Source: Octopus vulgaris | Taxonomy: Eukaryota | Length of the DNA: 64,000 nt | NCBI GenBank assembly: GCA_951406725.2 | Contig: OX597817.1 | Coordinates: 75,330,001 to 75,394,000 of the forward strand | Direction of reading: 5' to 3' | In this document: positions 1 to 12,198 of the stretch, one piece after another | How the letters are laid out: each line of letters starts with the position of its first letter | Numbering within the stretch: the first letter of the stretch is position 1 | Program-made: the position numbers and the translations under genes | The notes under the pieces: generated by a model | Told to the model about the DNA's origin: nothing | The model's input: the letters and a program-made list of their open reading frames with translations, nothing else | Databases searched by the model: none

Positions 1-39
1 CTTTTGAAACAGCATTAGATTAAAATACTGGCATGTACA

Positions 40-273
40 ACGTTAAAAGCACCATCCAATCATGGCCGTTTGCTAGCCTCGTCTGGCACCTGTGCAGGTG
101 GCACGTAAAAAGCACCCACTACATTCATGGAGTGGTTGGTGTTAGGAAGGGCATCCAGCTGTAGACACACTGCCAGATCAGACTGGACCTGGTGCAGCCT
201 TCTGGCTTCCCAGACCCCAGTTGAACCATCCAACCCATGCTAGCATGGAAAATGGACTTTAAATGATGATGAT
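40..273 (+). mobile_element. RTE LINE 3'-UTR-derived short repeat
   Basis: ggtgttaggaagggcatccagctgtaga...ccaacccatgctagcatggaaa...(gat)n tail; this is the same family as the 3' UTR of the RTE at 30131-32490. Confidence 0.8.
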
Positions 274-446
274 ATAATTGTGAAAGAGCACTTGCTGTTA
301 TATTTTATCTCAGAGAAACTTCTCAAAGAAAATTGCATGTTAAAATGCACTGTACTCACTTGGAATGTCATTGACAGATTGTGACACGGTGTTTCAACTT
401 CATCTGGTCTTCTCAGTGACAAAAAATACTGTGTATGTATTTCCTT

Positions 447-733
447 AGGTCGTTGCCAGTCCCGCTGTGCTGGCTCCTGTGCAGGTGGCACGTAAAAAAC
501 ACCATTTGAGCGTGGCCATTGCCATTACTGCCTGACTGGTCCTCGTGCTGGTGGCACGTAAAAGCACCCACTACACTCTCAGAGTGGTTGGCTTTAGGAA
601 GGGCATCCAGCTGTAGAAACCCTGCCAGATCAGATTGGAACTTGGTGCAGCCATCTGGTTTGCCAGATCTCAGTCAAATTGTCCAACCCATGCTAGCATG
701 GAAAGCGTACGTTAAACAATGATGATGATGATA
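447..733 (+). mobile_element. RTE LINE 3'-UTR-derived short repeat
   Basis: Same motifs as 40-273, ending in gatgatgatgat. Confidence 0.8.
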
Positions 734-1109
734 ACAGACCCACAAAACCGCCTCCATATGCCTGTTAGAAATAGAAACCAAATCTGACTCAGATACACCC
801 TAATGTCATAGCTTACAGATAGATTGGACAATATAGTCCTTAACATACCAAAAAGACAAAAATCAAAAAAACATCTAGTATACCTTTGATAAAGGAACTA
901 CACATTGGTTAATGTAATCCAAGATTCACTGTTTTAAACAAAGACAAGAAGGTTACAGCAGGAATACCTTTATCATAGGTTTCCTTGATCAGTATTGACC
1001 TTGGTCTAAACAATAACACACTGGTATAAGAAACACTAACCTTTTTATTTTCTCCCCAGAGATATCTTTCTGGTAGATAAGTAAAATATGTATTTTTCAA
1101 TTATATAAG

Positions 1110-1530
1110 TGCAAGCTTAACTGTGGTAAAAAGTTTGCTCCCTTGCCATGTGGCTTTGGGTTCAGCCCCACTGCGTGACGCTTTGGGTGTCTTCTGCTAT
1201 AGTTCTTGGTTGACCAAAGCCTTCTGAGTGGACGTTGTTGATAGAAACTGAAACAAGCCTGTCATGTATATGTATATGTGTGTTACTGTATCCTTGTCTT
1301 GACATCACTTGATAAATGTAAATGAAAGTTACCATCATGCAAGCTGTATCCATTATCAATCTGCCATGAAAACATGTCTGGTCATGAAGAATTATTACCT
1401 TACCAGGAAATAAATGAGGGTTGGTGACAGGAAGGACATCCAGCCATAGAAAATCTGTTTCAACAAATACTGTCCAACACATATAAGTATGGAAAAGTGG
1501 ATATTAAAAATGATAATAATGATGATGATT
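1110..1530 (+). mobile_element. Decayed tRNA-derived SINE with RTE-like 3' tail
   Basis: The head ggttcagccccactgcgtgac...ttgggtgtcttctgctatag is shared with the SINEs at 43-58 kb. The tail is gaaggacatccagcc...(gat)n. Confidence 0.65.
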
Positions 1531-1659
1531 TATTGCAATAAATGATCCAGTATATATAACACAGAAATTTTTTGATATTTCCGTATCGGTTTTCATTAGT
1601 CTACTGGATGAAACAGGTTGTGAATGTGCAGACATAGTTACTTGAACCAAGTTGTTAGA

Positions 1660-2110
1660 GTTAGAAAAAGCAACAACAACAAAATTTTTTTATTTAAATC
1701 TTTAACCTCACCCCACATCAAGTAAGTCCATGCACACATACACATGTGTGATTTAAAAAAAAAAAACATATTTGCTAGCAGAAAAGTATGCTATTAGAAT
1801 AAATGATCTTTTACAAATCTCTTTAATCACATGCATACACATACACTCAGCATGAGCAATATACCTTTATAGAGAGTGAAAACAGCAACAAAAAAATATT
1901 TAAATATTTAACCCCCACCTGCATCAAGTGAATTTGTGTGTGTGTGAGAAAAAACATTTACTAACAGAAAAGTATGCTAATAAAATAAATTCTTTTACGT
2001 ACCTTTTTTTTAATCACTCTGTTGCCCTAATGAAATTCCTTACACACATGCTTACATACACACTGACAAACACATACTCAGCATGAGCAATATACATTTA
2101 TAGAGAGCAA
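1660..2110. repeat. Imperfect ~210-230 bp tandem duplication in the intron
   Basis: caacaacaaaa...catcaagt...cagaaaagtatgcta...cagcatgagcaatatac...tatagagag occurs twice. Confidence 0.6.
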
Positions 2111-2401
2111 AAAAGTTTACCAAGAAAAAATGAAAGAGGTAGACAAATTTTAAAATTAAGTAAAAATTTTAAAATTTGGTATACTGGTGTACTTTTTCAT
2201 GCTGAATCTGAGTTATTCATTCATTCTAGAAAAATTTTAGAAAGATGTTAGAGGTTTATGGTTTGATTTTTAACCACAAATATACATATGTGACTATGAC
2301 AACAGTATTTTTATTTCTCAGTACCATTGTTAAAAACATTTAGTTAACTCACTGAGCTGCTGAAAATAAAAAATTTCTTATTTTAAAAGAAGTAGCTCAG
2401 C

Positions 2402-2670
2402 CATCATCATCTTCATTATCATTATTTAGCATCTGCTTTCCATGCTGGCATGGGTTAAATAGTTTGACTGGAACTGGTAAACTGGAGAGCTGTATCAAAT
2501 TCCAGTCTGATTTGGCATAGTTTCTATGGCCGGATGCCCTTCCTAACACCAACCACTGCAATAATGTAACAAATGCTTTTTATGTGCCACCGGCACTGGT
2601 GCTTTTATATACCACTGGCACGGGTGCTAGTTATGTGATACCAGCATTGGCCACAACTATGATTTCACTT
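2402..2670 (-). mobile_element. RTE 3'-UTR-derived repeat
   Basis: Reverse complement of the 40-273 family, with (cat)n at the left end. Confidence 0.7.
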
Positions 2671-2836
2671 TGCTTTGGTTTTAGATATATGTTTTTGTGG
2701 GATTGATAATGAAACCAAAGCAATCTAGGAAATTACAAAAATACACATGGATATCTTGAGTAAAGCAAAATAAATATGTAAATGCTTAAATGTTGTTTTA
2801 CCTATATTTTAATTTAATTCCTCTGTCTTGTTCCAG

Positions 2837-2977
2837 CTCCAGCAAAGAACAGTTGTGAAGAAAATAATGATGAACAAAGCAAGAATGAAGAGAACGGTGA
2901 AAATGCTGACATCAGAAGCTTTTTTAACAAGAAGCCTGAGAAAATACTGAAGCAGAGCTTAGGAAAGCAGTTAAAAG
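2837..2977 (+). CDS. SIRT1: Penultimate coding exon of a SIRT1-like NAD-dependent deacetylase
   Basis: The acceptor is ...ctctgtcttgttccag| and the donor is AAAG|gtttgt. The exon is 141 nt, phase 1/1, and reads PAKNSCEENNDEQSKNEENGENADIRSFFNKKPEKILKQSLGKQLK; the other two frames hit stops. It splices in frame to 5826. Confidence 0.8.
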
Positions 2978-3736
2978 GTTTGTAGCTTGAGTGTTAAGAC
3001 AGAATATTATAGGTGCTGTGTAGTTAAGAAACCTCATGGTTTCAAGGTCCAGTCCCACTGTTTGGTATCCTTGTGCAAGTATCTTATACTCTAACTCCAG
3101 ACTAGCCATTGCCTTCTGAGTGAAATTGGTTGACAGAAACTGTAAGAAATCTCATTGTATATGTTTGTGTGTGTATATTTGCACTGCTATATGGTTTTTA
3201 GCTTGTTTGGATTTTGAATCTTGCAAGTAATGGTATGATTTTTGTCTGTTTTCTTAGTCTATATTATTAAATATATAATATTATACCTTGACTTCTGTGT
3301 GGGTGTTGATCCCTGTTGACAGGTCACTAGTATATCAATGTAGTTACCTAAATTAAGTGCTCATTTAAGTGGTCAGGGGTTGTGACATTGCTTTGGTGTG
3401 GTGGTTGGTATAATTATATGGTTTACAGCAGATACTATGTTTGAATCCCAGGTGATGTTACAACTTCTTTCCAAGTTGTAGAAACCATACCAAAACACAC
3501 ATGGAGCCTGAACAGCCTTCGACTGACCAGCTCCTGTCAAACTTTCCAACCCATGGAAAATGGACGTTAAATGATGATGGAGATGATGATATATAGTTCA
3601 AATTTACAGAAAAATGACGAAGACGGGATCAACTATCAGATGTATTAGTTTGATGCTTAGGATATGAGGGAGAAAGAGAGAGGCAGGCAGGCATGTCTTC
3701 TTCTACAGCTTTGGTGAAGCCCATCTGAGTGGATTG

Positions 3737-4335
3737 ATCATCATAATTTTTTTTAATGTCTGTTTTCCATGCTGGTATGGGTTGGATGGTTTGACAGGAG
3801 TTGACTAACTGGAAAGCTGCCCAGTCTCCATTTGTCTGTTCTGGCATGCTTTCTATGGCTGGATGCCCTTTCTAAGGCTAACTGCTTTTCAGAGTGCTGG
3901 GCGCATTTTATGTGGCACTGGCATGGGTGCTTTGTACGTGGAGCTGGTATGAGTGCTCTGAGTGTATTTGGTACATGGCACTGGTTTGGTGCTTAATGTG
4001 TGACATCAACATGTGTGCTTTGTACATGGCACTGGGATGGGTGCTTTGTATGTGACACTGGCTTGGGCACTTTGTATGTGGAGTTGGCACAGATGCTTTG
4101 AATGTGGCATTGGCTTGGGGGATTTGATTGTCAGAAACTGGAAAAAGTTAGGTGTTCTGTGCACAAGGCACCCAGTACACTCTGTGAAGTGGTTGGTGTT
4201 AGGAAGAGCATCCAGCTATAGAAACTGTGTCAAAGCAGATATTGAAGCTGGTGTTGTCCTCTGGTTCACTGGCTCCTGTCAAACCATCTAATCCATGTCA
4301 GCATGGAAAATGGTCATTAAAAAAATTAATGATAA
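3737..4335. mobile_element. Two decayed RTE 3'-UTR-derived copies (minus, then plus) with an internal ~30-bp tandem repeat
   Basis: ttccatgctggtatgggttggatgg (minus); repeated ggcactgg..gggtgctttgta units; then gttaggaagagcatccagct...(gat) (plus). Confidence 0.6.
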
Positions 4336-4651
4336 TGTATGTGTGTATCTGTATATATGTCTATATATGTATGTGTGTACATATATACTCTTGTCTTGTA
4401 ATCTGGTGATGGTTGTAAGAGAGCATCACAATTATACAGGCAATGTTCTTTGTTTCTTGTCTTCCATGAGAAACATATCTGACCATGGGAAACATTATTT
4501 TGCATGGAAACAGGTTAAGGTTGGCAACAGGAAAAGCACCCAGCCATAGAAAACCTGCTTCAACAAATTCCCTCTCACTCATGCAAGCATAGAAAAGTAA
4601 ACATTAAATGATATATACATATACAGTGTGTATGTGTGTGTTTACATCTCT

Positions 4652-5334
4652 CTCTGCCGCTCCCAAACAGTTGAAGGTATCAGGGGGAGAGGTAGACCCA
4701 GGAAGACATGGGATGAGGTAGTCAAGCATGACCTCAGAGCGTTGAGCCTCACAGAGGCAATGGCAAAGGACCAAGATCTCTGGAGATATGCTGTGACTGC
4801 AAAGACCCGGGCTGCTTCCTGTACCAGTCCGCATAGCCCCTGCCCATTCAAAGTACCTTGGATTCCAGAACATCCCGCTGTGCTTGAGGAGACCTATTGA
4901 GTCAAGTACATGAACATCGAAAGAAATATCAATGGAGATAGTAGTTGTGATACCTGTGCCGGATGGTACATAAAAAGCACCATCCGAACGTGGCCGATGC
5001 CAGCGCTGCCTCGACTGGCTTCTGTGCCGGAGGCACATAAAAAGCACCATCCGAACGTGGCTGATGCCAGCGCTGCCTTGACTGGCTTCCGTGCCGGTGG
5101 CACGTTAAAAGCACCAACCGATCATGGCCGATGCCAGACTCCCCTGGAACCTGTGCCGGTGGCACGTAAAAAGCACCCACTACACTCGCGGAGTGGCTGG
5201 CGTTAGGAAGAACATCCAGCTGTAGAAACACTGCCAGATCAGACTGGAGCCTGGTGCAGCCCCTGGCTTCCCAGACCCCGGTCGAACCGTCCAACCCGTG
5301 CTAGCGCGGAAAACGGACGTTAAACGATGATGAT
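4652..5334 (+). mobile_element. 5'-truncated RTE LINE (ORF2 C-terminus plus 3' UTR)
   Basis: Encodes VEGIRGRGRPRKTWDEVVKHDLRALSLTEAMAKDQDLWRYAV, nearly identical to the end of the 30665-32490 ORF. The UTR has ~60-bp tandem units and a (gat)n tail. Confidence 0.9.
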
Positions 5335-5345
5335 ATATATAATTA

Positions 5346-5687
5346 CAAGCACAACGCCCCCCCGTGCAATGGACGGTGCTGAGTTGTGAAACATTTAAAC
5401 CAAATTTTCTTAAAACAACTTGTCCGACCGTCCCATAGGCCTCTCCTTTGAGAAACACTTATTTAACCTAAATACCAGCAAAAGAAGAAAAACAATTTTA
5501 TTTACACAAATATGCTTTATAGATCGCATTCTCACCTGGAATCGATTTTTGTAAATTTTTTCAAGACTTATACACACCCTGATACCGTCGGTATCTACAT
5601 ATCAAATTTGAACACAATTGGAAGGAGGATGCCCGAGATCCTAGAAGACACACACACAGACAGACAGAACGGATTTTATATAATAGA
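5346..5687 (-). mobile_element. Non-autonomous Helitron-like element
   Basis: The minus strand starts TCTATTATATAAAA..(ctgt)n and ends with a GC hairpin (ccgtccattgcacgg) then ..gcttg|t (decayed CTAG). Confidence 0.6.
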
Positions 5688-5825
5688 TATATATATATAT
5701 TTATATATGTATATATATATATATATGGCTGATTGTATTTGTATATCTTCATGTACACATGTAAATTTGTATCTATCTATTTATGTATGTTAATATATTT
5801 TATATATGATGTATTTTCCTTCCAG

Positions 5826-6526
5826 AGAACCAAGTGCTATTTCTAGCACCTAGTCAGTATGTCTACCCTGGTGCAGAAATCTATTCTGAAGATGAAGAAA
5901 TGATCTTTGAATCTGACAGTCATCAGTCTGTAAGCAGTTGCAGTTGGGATAATTTCTCTGACGAAGACAATGGCAATGATGGTGGCCCCATGAAAAATGG
6001 TTTTGAAAGCTCTGATGCTTCTGCTTTGAATAGTGTTCCCTCTAATGTTGATATGTCTACTGAAAATCATCATCCCAGTGAGCATGTTGACAGTTGTGCA
6101 CTTGATGCTGATTTAAATGTACCCCCTCATTTAGAAAATATGGAAGGTGTTGCAACTACGATTTCTTCCCTTAGTTCATTCAACAAACAATTAGATGTCT
6201 GTCAGAACAAAGAACATCTTGAAAACGAGCAAGAGGACATGAAAGATGTGTGCAAAGAAAACTTTCTCCGACTTAGTGACAGTAATAAACAGAACGGTTA
6301 CGCTGTTGATGGTGAGTCAATAGAAGACAGGTTGTCTGCTGTACCTTCTTACATTAGTCGAGAATGCACGGAAAACACACAGCATAACGAGATCTCTTTG
6401 ACTGATGACAAAATGCATCATATACGAATGGACACATGTTCTAACAGTCCTATTCAAACGGAACCAACTGCCAAATCATTATTAGCAGAAGTAGAATCCA
6501 CCACTGAAGACATTGATAAAACATAA
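5826..6526 (+). CDS. SIRT1: Terminal coding exon of a SIRT1-like sirtuin (C-terminal regulatory segment plus acidic disordered tail)
   Basis: The acceptor is tattttccttccag|AG. The spliced peptide SLGKQLK-ENQVLFLAPSQYVYPGAEIYSEDEE matches, from memory, human SIRT1 ISRRLDGNQYLFLPPNRYIFHGAEVYSDSEDD. A Ser/Asp/Glu-rich tail follows, with the stop TAA at 6524-6526. The catalytic domain must lie upstream of the window. Confidence 0.85.
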
Positions 6527-8243
6527 GGGTGTTTCTATAGGTTGTGTGTTGCAATGTATGTGTTGTAAGGTTAAAAAAAAAAATGTAAAAAACAAATAAA
6601 AAGACAAAAATATAACAGAGCCAGAAAGATAAAATTTCAAAAACAAATACCCCTACTAAATCACTGTCTTATGTAATGTCCTTTAAACTCTTCTTTATTT
6701 ATTTTTTTTTTTCATTGCACTTTCATTTCATCTCTGCCCTTCCACCCCTACGAAAAAGAAAACAAATACTAACCCTTGATAATACGCTAACACTAAAAAC
6801 TAAACTCAGTGACTAATGGGATTGACATATGGGCATTAATTTGACAGCTGACCACACACATACATACACACAAAACCCTCTTGGGACAGTGGTCACTTGT
6901 TAGATAAAATAACAGACCAATATGGAAACTGTATAAAAATTAAAAAAAAAAACAAAATTTAAAAGATTGTAAACAAACCAAACCAGAAAATAAGACAAAA
7001 GCATATAAAAAAAATAATAAAACTGTCACAAACTCTTAATACAAAACCAAAAGTATTTCTTTTGTCATGAAAAAAAAATACAACTTGTTATTCTCTCTAT
7101 ATTTATTTTAGCTGAAAATTATTACAAAAATAAAATAAGAAAAAAAAAATCAAACAGATCACCCCTTCCCCTAAAAAATGGGAAAAAAATTTGAATGTCT
7201 TGGGCTTAAATGAGACAACTCACTAAATATATAAAAACAAGCAAAAAAAAAAAAGAAAAAAATCATGTGTCTCTTTATACTATATTCTTTCATGATTTCA
7301 ATTCTGAAAGTTACCATCAGTTTTTCATTTGTAAAGAATTTGGATTTTGACCTCCTCTGTATGGATTCTCGGCAAATAATCTTTCAAAAGACCTTGTTCT
7401 AAAAAATTTTTTTTCTCCTTTTTTTTTTCATTTAATATACAGTTGTAACACTTCTGATATAACTTACAGAGAGCAGATGAGAAAGTGAGAGAAAGAGAGA
7501 GAGAGAGAGGGAGTGAGAGAAAGAGTAAGTGAGTGAATGTGTGAGAGTGATTATATGGAGCAGAAGAAAAGAGAATGAATGGAGAAGCAAAAAGTAAAAA
7601 AAAAATATTTAAAAAAAAAAACAAAACGAAACAAAAAATGACACATTAACAAAATGTTTTTCATTTTCAAATAACAAAAACTATTTATATTTGGTGCTGA
7701 TCTGCTGTTTCTCTTTCAAATGTTTCTTCAATGATGAAACTTTGATCTGATTAGGACATGATAACATGATAGGACAAACAAACTCTGTTATACATTATTT
7801 TTATATATATATATATATATATAATATTGTATGCATGCAGATACTATATGTGCGTGTGTTGTGTGTATGTATGTATATAAAGCACACATATATGTTTACA
7901 GATTTTGTGTGTGTGTGTGTGTATGCATGTTTATATAAAAAAATATATAAATTGTATACATACAAATACTGTATATGTGTGTATACATATGCTCACACAA
8001 TATACATACTGTATATGTACATTGTGCATGTATGTATATATGTATGTGTATACACACATTGTGTGTATGTATAGGTGTATTTGTATATATATATGGAGGT
8101 ATGTGTGTGTATATAAGTGTGCGTGTATATATATATAGGTATATGGTTGTATGTATGTATATATATATAGATATCTATATAATATGGGTGTATATTTGTT
8201 ATACATAAATTTGTGTAAGTAATGTATGTGTATCTTTTTTGTA

Positions 8244-8287
<44 letters not shown>

Positions 8288-9044
8288 GATGATGATGATG
8301 ATATATAAATGTTTGTGTGTGTAAGATTGATAGGTGTTTATAAAATAACTTCTGCTCCCCAAAAGTGATTTACTCCAACAGAAAATAAATCCTAAAAGGG
8401 AGCCCCAATGGGAAAATAGAGCAATAAATGGGATTTACATACATTCATAACTGTTTGGAACTTATAATGCTCATTCTCTTATTTGCAGCCTATTACATTA
8501 CAAGAAAATCCTCTGTAAAATGGACACCCTCAGGCAGATAGAAAGTATTTTGATAATGATCTACTTTAGATCTCATTAGGTGGGTTATTTCTAGACATTG
8601 CCTTTAGCTTTTACGTTGCTCTGTCAAATCTAATTATTTATTGATATTGGTTTTGAATTAATCGTGCACTATCTTGTAGCTTTGAGATTTGGATGAGGCT
8701 TTTGCTTATTTTTAGAACAGCATTGTCAGGTAGGTGAAAGAGGTCAGTTGGGTTCAGTTTTAACATAAAACAGGTAGAATATTTGAGCCAGATATATCTG
8801 GTTTAAATGCTAAAGGATTAAATACTGCCCAGAACAAAAATTGCAGAATAACAAAACCTGGAATTTTTTTTTTATATAGTCATTCAGTGGTTCAGTGTTA
8901 TCTTTAAGGAGGAAGAATTTGCTGGAAGTGTTTTGCAAAATAATTTTTGCTGAATCTGTGTAATTATATGAATGATAGTATCCTTTTATAATTTGAATCA
9001 TGGTAAAATAATTTTGGTCATTTTTGGTCATTTGCAATATTATT

Positions 9045-9270
9045 GTTAACGCTTTTGCTATTATATTTCTCTTGAAATAGACTGACCTTGTTTCAGTTAA
9101 TTTTAGAAGCAATGAAGAATTCAGTAAAATAACTTTGTCATTATTAAGCAAGTGTTTGGAACAAATCAGCATGAAATTTTAACAGGTTTTAATTCAGGTC
9201 ACTTTTAAACAGAAGGATAGTGTTACAGAACCAAGAACACTCTCAGTTGGGTTGGAATCAAAAGGGTTAA
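9045..9270 (+). mobile_element. TTAA-flanked MITE (piggyBac-type); further copies at ~15151-15525, 20320-21220 and 21220-21435
   Basis: Shared core aatgaagaattcagtaaaataactttgtcattattaag...tgtttggaac. The ends are ttaaccc (15151 copy) and aaagggttaa (this copy). Confidence 0.6.
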
Positions 9271-10489
9271 ATTGATTTAGAAAACAAAAATTGTTTTCTC
9301 CTAGTATCAGTCTTTAAGTCTTAAATTTATGTCAATAATACTGAATAATACTCTTTTAAGTTGTTGAATTAAAGATATTGCATGGTTCATTGACATCTCA
9401 GAATAAAACTTCTTTTTCGGCAAGAAATTACAAAATTGACTGGCAAAAGAATAAAAGAAGTGTGCATTTCAATCTTTGTGTATTTGGTGGCTGCTTTACC
9501 TAATTTGCATATTCTTGGAATTTAATACTACAAATTTGCATATTATATCTTATGAATTTTTGCTACTTTCAAGATGGTTTTGCATTTGATCAAGTTAAAG
9601 TGTTGAGCTAAAACTTTTGGAGTCATAACCTCAAAGTTCTTTTAGAGTAAGTGTTATGAAATGATGCAACTCTGCTATTGAAAATAATGACTGTTTGATG
9701 TGTCTATTGTTAGTCTGCCATGTTGGGTTTAGGACAAGTCTATTCTGATATTTGGAACATTAGTTTGAATCCATTGAAAATATATTCTTTTCAAGAGATC
9801 TTAAAATCTGAAGAACTCTCCTCTGTGTCTTCAGTAATTCAGTCTCTCATCTGCATTTTCAATCTCTCCTTTAACTTTAATCTTTCTTCTGTGTCTTCCA
9901 TTGGTTCAACATTTAGCTTTATTTGTGACATCATACATTAGCAGGAATATTATGAATAGGAATTGGAATCTAGTGGTACTGGCCATTCATTCTGGTTAAA
10001 ATACACATCCAAAAAGAATATGTGTGGTATATGCAGTAGAAACACAATAGCAAAAATCCTGGAAGATTAACCAACAAGCGTTCCATTCAAATTCTCTAGA
10101 AAACAATGCTCATTCAGGCAAATAAAGCTGCTGCAAAAGGAACGCTCATAGCAACAGAAACGGGATGGAGATTTCTGTTTTAAGTTGCTGTATGAATATT
10201 TAGTCATTGATATCTCAAACTAAAATATCATTCAGTAAGCTGTTTTAATTGCCTTCAAGTATCTTTATAAACAGGGACAGAATCTCTCCCCCCCCCCTTC
10301 CGCATTGCTGTTTACTATGATTAGTTATTTCACTCCGCATCAGTAATTTGTTTTTTCAGTTGCCTTTTCTCACTATTTTAGACACTCTGTCTCTGTTACA
10401 CTTTCTCTTTCTATTTCTCTTTTTGCTTTAATATACGATATGTGTCTTCTTGTTTTCTTATTACCATAATATTTGTTAAAAAATGATAG

Positions 10490-10700
10490 CCTATTACTAC
10501 TAATAGTACCTGTTAAAATGATGGGTTTTTTATTACTATCATAGTACTTGGGTTTATTTTTTATCATTACCATAGCACCTGTCAATAATGATTACATTTA
10601 TTTCTTATTACTACCATAGCACCTGTCAAAAATGGAGTTTATTTATTACTACCATAGTACCCGTCAAAATTATGCAGATTTTTGTTACTATCATAGTATC
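10490..10700. repeat. Degenerate ~40-bp minisatellite
   Basis: About six units of ttactaccatag(c/t)acctgtcaa. Confidence 0.7.
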
Positions 10701-11229
10701 TTTCAGTAATTGTTAATCTTTATTTCAGACCTTGCTCTATTTTCTTCTTGAGTTTGTTTGTCTTCTTTCAGTTCTTTTTACTTTGAGCTTCTGTTTCTTT
10801 TGTGTTTCTTGCATTTCTCCTTTCTTTCCTTGCCACCTTTCCTTTCTTACTTGTTCTATCTCTTTCACTTCTTTCTTTCATCCTTTCCTATATTTAACTG
10901 CCTGTTTCACTTGACTGTTGTCTATTTCTCTTTCTTTCTCAATCTCCCACATCTATTTATCTATTAATTTACCTCTCTTTATAATTCTCAGTACTTTTCT
11001 CAGTATAGCTTTTGCTTTTTTTTTCCACATTCCTATAGTGTGGCAGAAAGAGATAAATCAGCAAATATGCACACATATCTAAACAAAAAAATGGAGCTGT
11101 GAATTTTTGTTTTATAATATTGATTAATCAAGTATTGAAGTCAATATAATCAGCTGTCTCTCTCTTCAAATTTCTGGCCTTGTTCCAGTATTAGAAATTA
11201 TTGTTGTTATAGTTATTATTATTGCTGTT

Positions 11230-11835
11230 GTGGCGAACTTGTAGAACATTGGACAAAATGCTTGGCATATTATTATTATTATTATTGCTGTTTGTTGTAG
11301 TGAGCTTGTAGAGCATTGGATAAAATGCTTGGCATTTTTTCTAGCTCTTTATGTTCTGAGTTCAAATTCCATCAAGGTGAACTTTGCTTTTCATCCTTTT
11401 GGAGGTGATAAAATAATTTCCAGTTGAGTGCTTAGATCAAGGCAATTGACTTACCTGCTCTCCTAAAATTTCAGGCTTTATGCCTCTAGTAAAAGAATTA
11501 TTATTTAAAGGTAGTGACCTTGTACAATTGTTAGCATGCCAGACAAAATACTTGGCAGTATTTCTTCTGGCTTTACTTTCTGAGTTCAAATTCTGCCGAG
11601 GTTGACTTTGCCTTTCATCCTTTCAGAGTTGCTAAAATAAGTACCAGTTCAGCACTGGGGTCAGTGTAATTGACTTACCCTGTCCCCTAAAATTACTGGC
11701 CATTTGTCAAAATTTGAAACTGTTATTATTATTACCATTGAGAGCAGTGGACTGACAGAACTGGTAGGGCAATAAACAGAATGCCTTTCAGAAGTTATGA
11801 CTGTTTAGAGTCTGAGTTCAAATTCTTCCTGGGTC
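11230..11835 (+). mobile_element. Tandem decayed SINE copies; same family at 13095-13520, 38715-38795 and 63420-63520
   Basis: Repeated ctgagttcaaattc..ga(c/a)tttgcctttcatcctttc..taaaataagtaccag core. Confidence 0.65.
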
Positions 11836-12125
11836 AAAGAAAAATGGTTATGAATTTACAGAAAAATAAGAAGAAAGGGTAGATATAATTGATTATATCA
11901 CTATCCAAAATTTTGAATCATTGTGTTGTGTTAGCAATTATCATGTGTGTCATTTTTTTTTCATTGGAACCAGCCTCATGTTTTCTTGATATCTTTTTCA
12001 TATTCATGAAATTAATTGAATTTATAAAATGCAGTTAGGGACTTTGAATTAGGACATAATCTTAGAATGTGGATATATTAAAATAATTTATTTACATCAT
12101 TATTATATATATATTATGGAAAAGA

Positions 12126-12198
12126 GTGACTTTGGAGCTTTTGCTTACTAGCTGTTATCAGACTGATGACAGCTCATAAGCTGAAACTTTGAAGTCAC
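12126..12198 (+). ncRNA. Decayed fold-back element with a hammerhead ribozyme-like core
   Basis: CUGAUGA-C-AGCU/CAUA/AGCU-GAA-ACUU(UG)AAGU-C at 12163-12196. 12126-12161 is a diverged inverted copy. Confidence 0.5.

Noticed and set aside
7766-8362. Many ORFs rich in YI/CV/HT/LSIY, here and at 35.5, 47.4, 52, 57.8, 61 and 63 kb
   Set aside because: They are translations of (TA)n, (TG)n, (TCTA)n and (TAA)n microsatellites.
10490-10700. CRISPR-like repeat/spacer appearance
   Set aside because: The repeats are degenerate, the spacers are irregular and AT-rich, there are no cas genes and the context is eukaryotic. It is a minisatellite.
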